Positions 1 through 8,988 of a DNA stretch of 64,000 bases are shown one piece after another (within the stretch, counting starts at the first letter, position 1; every line of letters starts with the position of its first letter). Origin of the DNA: Thermoanaerobaculia bacterium. Its GTDB lineage: Bacteria; Acidobacteriota; Thermoanaerobaculia; Multivoradales; Multivoraceae. The position numbers and the translations under genes are program-made. The stretch spans positions 2,176,001 through 2,240,000 of the forward strand of contig OY762911.1 of assembly GCA_963666565.1 (NCBI GenBank), written 5' to 3'. Below the pieces are notes generated by a model. It did no database searches. It saw only the letters and a program-made list of their open reading frames with translations, and was not told the DNA's origin.

Positions 1-1151
1 CGAACCTCCCCAAGTCGGTCACGGCGCTCGACTTCGGCGGTTCGACCCGCTCCGGCCTCTCGGCCCTGCTGGCCGGCCTCGACATGGCGTCGGCGGGGCG
101 CACGGTCCTGGTCGCCGCCAGCGACGTGGTCGTCGGCGCGCCGAGCGGCCCGCGCGAGTCGGGCGGCGGCGACGCGGCGGCGGCCTTCGTCCTCGGCGGC
201 AACGGCACGGAACCGGTCGCCCGGCTGATCGGCCGCGCTTCCTGCACGGAGGAGGTGCTCGACGTCTGGAAGAGCCCGGGGATGCCCTTCGCCAAGCAGT
301 GGGAGGAGCGTTTCGGCGCCGACGTCTACACGCCGCTGCTGGTCGAGACGTTCGGCCGAGCCCTGGCGGACGCCGGCGTTTCCGCCTCCGACCTCTCGAA
401 GGTCGTCCTCGACGGCACGAACGCCCGCGTCTTCCGCGGTTTCGCGCGGCCCGCGGGGGTCGCTCCCGAGCAGGTCCTGGACGGCCTGGCCGGAACGGTG
501 GGGCGCGCCGGCGCCGCCCACGCCGGCCTGGTGCTGGCGAGCGCGCTGGACGGCGCGTCGGCGGGCGACCGGATCGCGGTCGCCGTCGTCGCCGACGGCG
601 TCGACGTCGCCGTGTTCGAGGTCGCCGACGCGATCGACGGCGGCCGCCCGAAGCACTCCGTGGCCTCCTGGGTCGAGTCCAAGCGGGACGACCTGGCCTA
701 CACGACCTACCTCAAGTGGCGCGAGGTGCTGCCGTTCGAGCCGCCGCGCCGCCCGGACCCGGACCGGCCGGCCGCTCCGCCCATGCAGCGCGCCGAGCGC
801 TGGAAGTTCGGCTTCCTGGGCTCGCGCTGCAACCGCTGCGGCAACACGAACCTGCCGCCGCAGCGCGTCTGCGTCGTCTGCCAGGCGGTCGACGACTCGA
901 CGGTCGAGCCCTACGCCGACGGCGAGTGCCGGATCAGCACCTACACCCTGGACCGGCTCGCCTACTCGCTGCAGCCGCCGGTGATCGGCGCCGTGGTCGA
1001 CTTCGACAAGGGCGGCAGGATGCTCTGCCAGCTCACCGACGTCGATCCGGACAAGGTGGGGATCGGCGACGAGTTGGAAATGACGTTCCGCCGCCTGTAC
1101 ACTGCGGGCGGCGTCCACAACTACTTCTGGAAGGCGCGTCCGAAGCGCTGA
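1..1151 (+). CDS. HMG-CoA synthase/FabH-like domain fused to a C-terminal DUF35 Zn-ribbon/OB-fold (5' end lies outside the window)
   Basis: Frame is open from base 3. The C-terminal CNRC..CVVC Zn ribbon and 'IGDELEMTFRRL...YFWKARP' are typical of DUF35. Lies directly upstream of a thiolase. Confidence 0.8.
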   Translation, partial: NLPKSVTALDFGGSTRSGLSALLAGLDMASAGRTVLVAASDVVVGAPSGPRESGGGDAAAAFVLGGNGTEPVARLIGRASCTEEVLDVWKSPGMPFAKQWEERFGADVYTPLLVETFGRALADAGVSASDLSKVVLDGTNARVFRGFARPAGVAPEQVLDGLAGTVGRAGAAHAGLVLASALDGASAGDRIAVAVVADGVDVAVFEVADAIDGGRPKHSVASWVESKRDDLAYTTYLKWREVLPFEPPRRPDPDRPAAPPMQRAERWKFGFLGSRCNRCGNTNLPPQRVCVVCQAVDDSTVEPYADGECRISTYTLDRLAYSLQPPVIGAVVDFDKGGRMLCQLTDVDPDKVGIGDELEMTFRRLYTAGGVHNYFWKARPKR

Positions 1152-1199
1152 GTCGATCGAGGAGATCGGCGTCGTCAGGGAAACGACGAAGGAGAACCT

Positions 1200-2375
1200 A
1201 TGGCCAGCAAGGGAATCTGTGATCGCGTAGCCATCGTCGGCATGGGCTGCACCAAGTTCGGAGAACACTGGAACCGCAGCGCCAGCGACCTGCTGGTCGA
1301 TGCCGTCCAGGAGGCCTACGGCTCCGCCGGGATCGAGCCGGACAACGTCGACGCCTACTGGCTCGGCACCACCGGCAGCGGCATCTCCGGCCTGACCCTC
1401 TCCGAGCCGCTGAAGATCCAGTACAAGCCGGTCACCCGGCTTGAGAACATGTGCGCCACCGGCAGCGAGGCGATCCGCAACGCCGCCTACGCGGTGGCGT
1501 CCGGCGCCTACGACCTCGTCATGGCGGTCGGCGTCGAGAAGCTGAAGGACTCCGGGTTCTCCGGCCTCACCGGCAGCGCCCCTCCGGGCGACGGCACCGA
1601 GTCCGGCATGACCGCGCCGGCGAACTTCTCCCTGTTGGCGCCCGCCTACGCCGAGAAGTACGGCGTCGATCTGGAGACGATGCGCGACGTCCTCACCAAG
1701 ATCGCCTACAAGAACCACTACAACGGCGCCCGCAACGAGAAGGCGCAGTTCCAGCGCGAGGTGCCGGTCGAGAAGATCAACGCGTCGCCGAAGGTGGCGG
1801 GGATGCTCGGCATCATGGACTGCTCCGGCGTCTCCGACGGCGCCGCCGCGGCGGTCATCTGCCGCGCCGAGGACGCCCACAAGTACAACGACGACCCGAT
1901 CTTCATCAAGGCGCTGTCGTTCGTGGCCGGTCCGTCCGAGGGCGCCAAGCGCCAGGACTACGACTTCACGACCTTCCCCGAGGTCGTGGAGAGCGCTCGC
2001 GACGCCTACGAGCAGGCGGGCATCGAGGAACCGCGCGAGCAGATCAGCATGGCGGAGGTCCACGACTGCTTCACGCCGACCGAGCTCGTGCTGATGGAGG
2101 ACCTCGGGTTCTCGCCGCGCGGCCAGGCGTGGAAGGACACGATGGACGGCCGCTTCGACCTCGACGGCGACCAGCCGGTCAACCCCGACGGCGGCCTGAA
2201 GAGCTTCGGCCATCCGATCGGCGCCTCCGGCCTGCGGATGATGTACGAGATGTGGCTCCAGCTCCGCGGCGAGGCCGGCGAGCGCCAGATCGCCGATCCC
2301 AAGCTCGGCCTGACCCACAACCTCGGCGGCGCCCCGGGCCGCTGCGTCAGCTTCGTGTCGGTCGTCGGCCTGTAG
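1200..2375 (+). CDS. Thiolase / acetyl-CoA acetyltransferase (SCP2-like type)
   Basis: Motifs 'ENMCATGS', 'EVHDCF', 'NPDGGLKSFGHPIGASG', 'HNLGG'. RBS AGGAG upstream. Confidence 0.9.
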   Translation: MASKGICDRVAIVGMGCTKFGEHWNRSASDLLVDAVQEAYGSAGIEPDNVDAYWLGTTGSGISGLTLSEPLKIQYKPVTRLENMCATGSEAIRNAAYAVASGAYDLVMAVGVEKLKDSGFSGLTGSAPPGDGTESGMTAPANFSLLAPAYAEKYGVDLETMRDVLTKIAYKNHYNGARNEKAQFQREVPVEKINASPKVAGMLGIMDCSGVSDGAAAAVICRAEDAHKYNDDPIFIKALSFVAGPSEGAKRQDYDFTTFPEVVESARDAYEQAGIEEPREQISMAEVHDCFTPTELVLMEDLGFSPRGQAWKDTMDGRFDLDGDQPVNPDGGLKSFGHPIGASGLRMMYEMWLQLRGEAGERQIADPKLGLTHNLGGAPGRCVSFVSVVGL

Positions 2376-2401
2376 GCCCCGGCTGAAGCGCTGATGCACT
2401 G

Positions 2402-2435
2402 CGACCCCGCTGGGAGACCCGGCGGGGTCGTTTCG
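2402..2435. terminator. Hairpin terminator after the thiolase (ancestrally between the convergent thiolase and aminotransferase genes)
   Basis: CGACCCCGCTGGG-aga-CCCGGCGGGGTCG followed by TTT. Confidence 0.6.
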
Positions 2436-2479
2436 TCAGTGCGCTGCCCGCGTCAGCGCCTCGTCCATCGCCGCCAGCG
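2436..2479 (-). repeat. Orphan original 3' end of the aminotransferase gene (LAAMDEALTRAAH*); left copy of the island-flanking direct repeat
   Basis: 2455-2479 AGCGCCTCGTCCATCGCCGCCAGCG is identical to 10611-10635. The translation matches the C-terminus of 10592..11974. Confidence 0.85.
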
Positions 2480-2677
2480 GGCGCCCGGACTGTGACGCTC
2501 GTGGCGCTGGGACGCGCCACGAGGGTGCCGGCCGGCATCGGGCGATGCCGCGCCGTCGGCGGGTGGCCTCGAGGAGGTGCGGCGTAAGGCGCGCCGCCAA
2601 CCGTCCTCAGCCGCTCCGCGAAGGCCTTGGTTCTACCTGACGAGCGCTCCGCTCCGGTGCTGACGTAGGATCGCGTC

Positions 2678-3187
2678 GTGAGCCGTCCCGAGATCCAGTT
2701 CCCTCGGTCCCGTTGCCCTGTCGACCCCGTTGGCGACTCAGGGCATTCCCGCGACCCTGGAGCGCCGAGCGCCGCACCGCACCGATCCCCGGTCAAGCCC
2801 CTGCGCGTCTTCCTCAGCTACGCCAGCGCGCACAAGCCCCTCGTCGACCGCTTCCGCGAAGAGGCGGCGGCCAGCCCTTCCTACCCTTGGTTTCGCGGCA
2901 GCTCTCTCGACGAGCCCATAGTCGACTGGCAGCGGCACGCAGAGCGCCTCATCCGTCGTTCGGCAGCCACCATTTGCCTGGTCGGCGACACCACTTGGCG
3001 CAGCGAACCGGTCAATTGGGAGATCCGCCGCGCCGCGAGTTTCGGGAAGCCGATCCTGGCGATCTCCCTGTACTCCAGTGGGGTCCGTCTGCCCGCCGCG
3101 CTGCTGGATCTCGGCATTCACTCCGTCGCCTTCAATCCGAACTCCTTCTTGCGGAACCTGAGTCATGACAGTTATCGATCCACTTGA
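2678..3187 (+). CDS. TIR domain protein (ThsB/MTH538-like)
   Basis: 'RVFLSYA', 'ICLVGDTTWRSEPVNWEIRRA', 'GKPILAI'. The catalytic Glu is present. Start codon uncertain. Confidence 0.8.
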   Translation: MSRPEIQFPRSRCPVDPVGDSGHSRDPGAPSAAPHRSPVKPLRVFLSYASAHKPLVDRFREEAAASPSYPWFRGSSLDEPIVDWQRHAERLIRRSAATICLVGDTTWRSEPVNWEIRRAASFGKPILAISLYSSGVRLPAALLDLGIHSVAFNPNSFLRNLSHDSYRST

Positions 3188-3686
3188 CGAGGACCTCTTC
3201 GCGGGGCGCGAGCCTGAGGAGGGGCAGGCGCAAGCGCTCCTGGAACAGTACAAGCTGTTCGTCAACACGTCCGAGGCCCTCGTGCAGCGGCGGCAGGGCG
3301 TGAACACCTTCTTCCTTTCCGTAAACTCCCTGCTCCTTGCCGCGGCCGGGCTGATCGTGCGCGACGGTTCGTTGGGCGGCGTGGAGTCCCTGATCCTGAT
3401 CTCACTGAGCGTCAGCGGTGGCGTCCTGTGTCTGGTCTGGCGTAGCTTGATCTCGTCGTTCAGGCAGTTGAGCGCGGGCAAGTTCAGGATCATCCATGCT
3501 CTCGAACAGCGACTTCCCGCCCGGATTTTCAGTGCCGAATGGGTCGCGCTCGGAAAAGGGAAGGACCCGAAGATCTACAAGCCCTTCACGGGCACGGAGT
3601 CGACGACTCCTATCGCCTTCTTGGTGCTTCACTTGGCTCTGCTGGTGGCCGGTGCGTCGAGGGCGCTCACCCCTCTGGCCTCCTGA
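3165..3686 (+). CDS. Small ~3-TM membrane protein, candidate pore-forming defence effector
   Basis: N-terminal 'LLEQYKLFV..RRQGVNTFF', three hydrophobic stretches and 'KFRIIHALE..LP'. Overlaps the upstream TIR gene. Confidence 0.7.
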   Translation: MTVIDPLDEDLFAGREPEEGQAQALLEQYKLFVNTSEALVQRRQGVNTFFLSVNSLLLAAAGLIVRDGSLGGVESLILISLSVSGGVLCLVWRSLISSFRQLSAGKFRIIHALEQRLPARIFSAEWVALGKGKDPKIYKPFTGTESTTPIAFLVLHLALLVAGASRALTPLAS

Positions 3687-3704
3687 GGAGGTTCGACCAA
3701 GGTC

Positions 3705-4145
3705 ATGAGCACGCGACGGATCCACCTCTTCATCAGCCACTCGTGGGCGTACTCGGGGCACTACGACACGCTCTGTTCGTGGGTTTTCGAGAGGAGTTGG
3801 TCGGTAGGGCAAGCGTCGCTCGAGTTCTTCGACTTCTCCGTGCCCAAGTACGATCCGATCCACGACGCGGGATCCGACCGGGCGCTCCAGGCAGCGATTC
3901 TCAGGAAGATCGATCGGAGTCACGTCGTTGTCTGCCCGACGGGCATGTATGCGAACCACAGCAAGTGGATCCGGAAGGAGCTGGCGGGAGCGAGGGCGAA
4001 GAGCAAACCGGTCCTGGGTGTCGATCCTTGGGGCCAGCAACGGCGTTCGTCGGTCGTAGGCGGTGCCGCGCGAGAGACGGTCGGCTGGAACGGAAAAAGC
4101 GTTGTGCAGGGCATCTGGAGGTGTTACCTGGACAGAGGCTACTGA
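3705..4145 (+). CDS. TIR domain protein (ThsB/MTH538/DUF1863-like)
   Basis: 'HLFISHSWAY', 'DFSVP', 'GMYANHSKWIRKEL', 'KPVLGV', 'VGWN'. RBS GAGGAGG. Confidence 0.85.
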   Translation: MSTRRIHLFISHSWAYSGHYDTLCSWVFERSWSVGQASLEFFDFSVPKYDPIHDAGSDRALQAAILRKIDRSHVVVCPTGMYANHSKWIRKELAGARAKSKPVLGVDPWGQQRRSSVVGGAARETVGWNGKSVVQGIWRCYLDRGY

Positions 4146-4317
4146 CGTCGATCAGTACAACCCGCCAACTCTCCCGTTCCCGTGGTCTCGCCAACTACAG
4201 CTGCCCCGGCGGCCCGATTCAGAGAGCGATGTCGGCCACGTTGGCCACGCCGTCAACGGACGCACGTGCGACTCGGTACTGAGGCCGACTTGCCTGCGAC
4301 TCGATCTTCCCCGGGAC

Positions 4318-4359
4318 CTGCGACCTCATGTCCTTGCCGTCGATGACCTTCTCGACGAC
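4318..4359 (-). pseudogene. Fragment of a type III res gene 3' end (divergent allele)
   Basis: 39/42 identical to 6373-6414. Encodes VVEKVIDGKDMRSQ versus VVQKVMDGNDMRSQ. Confidence 0.75.
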
Positions 4360-4784
4360 TGCTCGGGCGTTTCTGACGGCTCCGCCGCGGCGGCCATCTA
4401 CCGCACCGAGGACGCCCACAAGTACAACGACGACCCGATCTTCATCAAGGCGCTGTCGTTCGTAGCGGGTCCCTCCGAGGGCCCCAAGCGTCAGGACGGC
4501 CGCTTCGACCTCGACGGCGACCAGCCGGTCGACCCGGACGGCGAGCTGAAGAGCTTCGGCCATCCGATTGGAACCTCCGGCCTGCGGATGATGTACGAGA
4601 TGTGGCTCCAGCTCCGCGGCGAGGCCGGCGAGCGCCAGATCGCCGATCCCAAGCTCGGCCTGACCGACAATCTCGGCGGCGCCCCGGGCCGCTGCGTCAG
4701 CTTCGTCTCGGTCGTCGGCCTGTAGGCCCTGACTGAAGCGCTAGTGCACTGCGACCCCGCTGGCTTCCCGGCGGCGTGGTTTCG
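4357..4784 (+). pseudogene. Duplicated 3' part of the thiolase gene plus a degenerate terminator, with an internal 189-bp deletion
   Basis: Matches 1818-2435 with scattered substitutions. The segment between GGAC at 1955 and GGAC at 2144 is missing. Confidence 0.9.
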
Positions 4785-5030
4785 CTTCCAATGTCGGTGC
4801 GCCGGCCTTCTGGCCGGTACCGGGCGGTGTTGCGCCGGTGTACTTGTAGCCTCAGCGGCGAGAGTGGCTGCGGTCCAGCCCATAAGTCGAACGACGATTC
4901 GACTGGCGCGGGGCGTGTCCCCGCCATCGGGGAAGCTACAGTGAACCAGATCGTCGCCTCGCGCCTGCCGGACGGGGCGAACGAGCCGCGTAGGGTCCAG
5001 CGACGGTCGAAGATCGCGAGGCCATTACCC

Positions 5031-6182
5031 ATGTCACGTCCCTACATCCTGTTCTGTCCCTATCTTCCCATCATGGAGGCGGTGACTTTCGCTGGTTGGG
5101 AACTCGCGCCGCTGGACTTCTTCCAGGACCGCTGGGCTGACCCTCGGTTCAAGGACACGGCCATCGCGTTTATGGACAGGTTCCTCGACTTGGACCACAA
5201 GCCGATCCAAAGCCCGACCCTCCTGTGCAGGGAAGGGCGGCAACTGGACGGCGAGAAGCCTCCACTGGAGGTGGTCAGGGCACTCCAGCTCGCGTTGGTC
5301 TTCGCGTTCGTCGACGGCAACCCCAGGTGCCAGCCCGGGAACAAGGACCGGGGTTCGGCCATGATGACGGCCGAGAATGCTGACTTGCACGTATGGCCTA
5401 TCAATCTGGAGAACAAGAGCGTCGTCAAGCGTACGGGCTACTTGGTCGAGACGCACACTGCCCAGTACGGTGCCGGCGGTGGCCGCCTGACCCTGAGTCC
5501 GCCGCTCGACCTCCACCTGCCCTCGATGGCGCAGGGCCCGGACCCCTTGGTCTTGGTGGGCCTCTACGAGACGATCCTGCGCTCGCTGCAGTTCCCTGGC
5601 GCGAACCGTGATGGCGAAGCGATTCGAGTCGCTGTTGATTGGTTCGCGAGAGCTTGGCAGAACACCGCCCTGGTCGGATACCCGGAGCGGCTCGTGTACC
5701 TGAAGATCGCTTTCGAGGCGCTGACCGGTACCAGCAATAGCTGGAAGAGTGGCCGCAGGCTGCGAGAGATGTTCGAAGCGGTGCCAGACACAAGGCGTGA
5801 GGATTCGGAACGCCTCGTTTGGTCTCCGGAGGAGAAGCCCGTTCACGAGCGATGCTGGAAGAACAGGCGTGGCCACGCTCGGTCCACACGCATGACGGAT
5901 CTGGAACACTGGTTCATGGAGTTCAGTGATGCGCGGAACCGTATCGTTCACGAAGGCGCGACGCCAGAGCTCACCTACACCGGTCCGAGCCCCAGCTATG
6001 CCGGTCCGTTCTTCTGGACCGCCGAGTTCCTGCTCCGCAGTGCCATCAAGGTGAAATTGTCGGAGATCGGGTATGACAACGTTTGGCGCGGCCAGCTTTG
6101 GAGGCTTATCAGGGAGATCGTGGAGGAGCCGACGGTCGAGACCGTAGAACCTCAGCCTCGATCTGAGGACGACGCGAGCTAG
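5031..6182 (+). CDS. HEPN-domain protein (ApeA/Apea-like putative RNase)
   Basis: C-terminal 'LKIAFEALTG' and 'ARNRIVHEG' (RxxxxH). Start taken at ATG 5031; the ORF track extends to 4776. Confidence 0.65.
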   Translation: MSRPYILFCPYLPIMEAVTFAGWELAPLDFFQDRWADPRFKDTAIAFMDRFLDLDHKPIQSPTLLCREGRQLDGEKPPLEVVRALQLALVFAFVDGNPRCQPGNKDRGSAMMTAENADLHVWPINLENKSVVKRTGYLVETHTAQYGAGGGRLTLSPPLDLHLPSMAQGPDPLVLVGLYETILRSLQFPGANRDGEAIRVAVDWFARAWQNTALVGYPERLVYLKIAFEALTGTSNSWKSGRRLREMFEAVPDTRREDSERLVWSPEEKPVHERCWKNRRGHARSTRMTDLEHWFMEFSDARNRIVHEGATPELTYTGPSPSYAGPFFWTAEFLLRSAIKVKLSEIGYDNVWRGQLWRLIREIVEEPTVETVEPQPRSEDDAS

Positions 6183-6348
6183 GCGAGCCTCAGACAATCT
6201 CGGCAGTCAGTTGCTGCCAAGCAGCCGAGACGGGCCGAGAACCGGCGAATCACGGTGCAGGCACTTGCGCCGGGCCGGTCGTTGAGGTGCCCGGGGACGA
6301 GACGCTTCCCGCGGTCCGCGTCCCCGTTTCAGTCGACGTGGTCCGCGG

Positions 6349-8979
6349 CTATTGCCCGATACTCTCCAGGAGCTGCGACCTCATGTCATTGCCGTCCATG
6401 ACCTTCTGGACGACGAGGAACAGACACTTTCCGGCGCTCTCCCGCTCCCACAGATCACCGATTGCGCGTTTCTCGGCCGTGTCGGCACCTTCGGCGAGGT
6501 GGGCGCCCTTGTACTCGACGACGAGCAGACGGTCGTCCTTCAACCGGGCAACGAAGTCGGGGTAGAAGCGGCCGCCTGCCGTGGGCAGCCAGAACGAGTC
6601 GGGGTGGTTCGCGACGTTGCGGACCCAGTACGTCACTGTCGGCAGACTGTCGATCGCCTGCGCGCACTGGAACTCTTCGCCGTCGGAGGAGCCGTCGAAG
6701 GCGGGTACCTGGTCGGGCCCGAGGAAGTGGCGGTTCGGCTTCCAGGGGCCGCGATAACGACGCTGCCCGTGGTACATCCCGTCCCGGAACGCGAAGGCGT
6801 CGTCGAAGGAAACGCCAACTTTGGCCGTGGGCGCGAACAGGAACTGCTGGTAGGCGGACTCCCTCTCCCTTCGGCGAATGGCCGCGATCTTTCCGCGCAC
6901 CTTGCGCGTCAGGATGAACTTGCACCGCATCAGCGCCGCGATGTGAAGCCCGCGGGCGACGAGCAGGTGGTTGACCAGCTCGCTCAGCCAGCGCAGGAGC
7001 TCTCCCTGTCCGATGTCGGGCTGACGGACCTGCCGGTCGAGCCAGCGCACTAGCGCCTGCGGCGTCCAGCCTTCGACGTCGACGTCGAGGGTCAGTTGCT
7101 CCTCTTCGGAGGCGAAGCGGTAGGTCACGCGCTGGCCGTCCAGGTCGATCTCGAAGCCGCGCGCGGTCTCGCGGACGGTGAACTCCTCCTTCGCGAGCTT
7201 TGGCGAATGATCCAGTAGGGACCAGTCGCGGCACTCCATGAACAGCTCCGTGTCGGCGAAGACGATCTCGCCCTGCACGGCCGCGGTGAGGCGCGGCGCG
7301 GAGAGTCGTCGTCCGCGTTGCGCCGGCGAGAGCCGGCGGTATCGTTCCGCCCTGTACTCGTCGACAGAACGGACAAACTCGGCTCGTTCGTCTTCGGGCA
7401 GAGCGTCGCGGACGGCGTCCACCACATCCGGGTCGAGTTCGACTTCGGAGGCGATCTCGATCTTCCCGGTCTCCGACGTCCTCAGCGTGAACCCTCTGGC
7501 GCCCTTGAGAACCGCCAGAAGGTCGTCGGAGACGGTCGCGATGTGACTGAGCGTCGGGGGCGTCTGGTCGTGAGGCGCGGAGAGCGTCTCGTTGGGAAGC
7601 AGGTCCCGCTGAGCGGCCTCGACGTGTTCTTCAGCCTCCTCCTCCTCGAAGCCCATCGAGACCAGCTTGTCGACCAGCGCCCGCGCGGCGTGGCCGAAAG
7701 ACGGCTCGGAAAGGAAAGCGTAGGCGCGGTTCAGAGCGTCGTCTTTGCGGCGCTCCGCGAAGGGCATTCGCAGGACGCGACCGAGGAGCTGCTCGACGTC
7801 CCGGCCGTCCTGGATCCGGGAGACGGAACAGAAGACGTAGGCGAAGGAGCAGTCCCAGCCTTCCTTCAGCGCTTCGACGGTGATCACGTGCTCGATGGGG
7901 CACTCCGGGTCGAACAGGTCGAGCCCGTCGAGTTCCCTCTGTTTGCCGGTGGCTACGGCGATCTTCTCCTCCGCGATCTGCTCGACCTCGACGAGGTGCT
8001 CCTTGAGCGCTGCCGCGGTCACTTCGCGGTTCCTCGGCTGCGCCTGGAAGAGGACGATGGGCCGCATTGGCCGCGGGTCGTCGGCTGCCGTCCGGGACAG
8101 CGAGGACCGCGTCGCGACAGCGCCGTTCACCGCGTTCTGCCACGTGTCGTGCTCCGAGAGCATGACGGGCAGCTTGATCATGTCCTCGGCCTTCAGTTCG
8201 CTCGCGGTCACGCTATGCAGGATGTTCGACTTCGTTCGCGGCGTCGCCGTGAACTCGACGATGGCGCAGGGGTTCACGCGCGCCTGCATCTCCCGCGTGA
8301 GGCCAGTCACGGCATTGTGCGCTTCGTCGACGATCATCAGCGGCCGATGGAGATGGAGCAGGTTGGCGAACGAGAACTTCGGCTTCCCGTTGTCGAGCGT
8401 CTCCAGTCCCTCCGGTGCGCCGACGAGGCTGCCGAAATGGGGTTCGAGGTTCTCGTTGTGCGCGTAGACCTTGCGCCCCTCGGTGTTCGTCACCCGCAGC
8501 GCCTGGATCGTGCCGACGACGATGCAGCAGTGATCGCGGAGGTTGTGGGGGCGGACGTGGGCGAAGTCCGCGATGTCGAACACGCGCACCCTGCCGTCGA
8601 ACGCTTCGTCGAGCGCCTTCCGGTAGGGATGCCGCGTGTCCTTGAGCGCCTCCGCGGTCTGTGTGCGGATCGTCTTCGTGGGAACGAGCCACAGAACGAG
8701 CGGCCAGTCCTTCTCGATCCACGCGTCGCGAGCGAGCGGGACGGCGTGAGCCGCAAGGATCGTCTTGCCGCCGCCGGTCGGCAGGCGAAGGCACACGTAG
8801 GGGACGCCGGGAAGCCCGGCCAGGGCCTTGTAGTTCTCCGCGTAGCCGCGCAGCCGGCCCGCTTGCTCCGGAGCGCCCGTGATTCTCTCGTACGCCGCCT
8901 TCGGCCCGGCGACGCGGGCTTCTTCGAGGAACGTGCGGAGAATCGCGAGCGTGTCGGCCTGATAGCGCTTCAGTTCCAC
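6349..8979 (-). CDS. res: Type III restriction enzyme Res subunit (SF2 helicase plus PD-(D/E)xK nuclease)
   Basis: 'PTGGGKT', 'DEAH', 'LKEGWD', 'QLLGRVLR', 'FYPDFV..VVEYKG'. Confidence 0.9.
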   Translation of the reverse strand: MELKRYQADTLAILRTFLEEARVAGPKAAYERITGAPEQAGRLRGYAENYKALAGLPGVPYVCLRLPTGGGKTILAAHAVPLARDAWIEKDWPLVLWLVPTKTIRTQTAEALKDTRHPYRKALDEAFDGRVRVFDIADFAHVRPHNLRDHCCIVVGTIQALRVTNTEGRKVYAHNENLEPHFGSLVGAPEGLETLDNGKPKFSFANLLHLHRPLMIVDEAHNAVTGLTREMQARVNPCAIVEFTATPRTKSNILHSVTASELKAEDMIKLPVMLSEHDTWQNAVNGAVATRSSLSRTAADDPRPMRPIVLFQAQPRNREVTAAALKEHLVEVEQIAEEKIAVATGKQRELDGLDLFDPECPIEHVITVEALKEGWDCSFAYVFCSVSRIQDGRDVEQLLGRVLRMPFAERRKDDALNRAYAFLSEPSFGHAARALVDKLVSMGFEEEEAEEHVEAAQRDLLPNETLSAPHDQTPPTLSHIATVSDDLLAVLKGARGFTLRTSETGKIEIASEVELDPDVVDAVRDALPEDERAEFVRSVDEYRAERYRRLSPAQRGRRLSAPRLTAAVQGEIVFADTELFMECRDWSLLDHSPKLAKEEFTVRETARGFEIDLDGQRVTYRFASEEEQLTLDVDVEGWTPQALVRWLDRQVRQPDIGQGELLRWLSELVNHLLVARGLHIAALMRCKFILTRKVRGKIAAIRRRERESAYQQFLFAPTAKVGVSFDDAFAFRDGMYHGQRRYRGPWKPNRHFLGPDQVPAFDGSSDGEEFQCAQAIDSLPTVTYWVRNVANHPDSFWLPTAGGRFYPDFVARLKDDRLLVVEYKGAHLAEGADTAEKRAIGDLWERESAGKCLFLVVQKVMDGNDMRSQLLESIGQ

Positions 8980-8988
8980 GCAGCGGCC

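Noticed and set aside
4063-4725. 220-aa ORF as a second functional thiolase
   Set aside because: Only a deleted 3' fragment lacking the catalytic Cys region and the HDCF motif. The N-terminal part is unrelated sequence.
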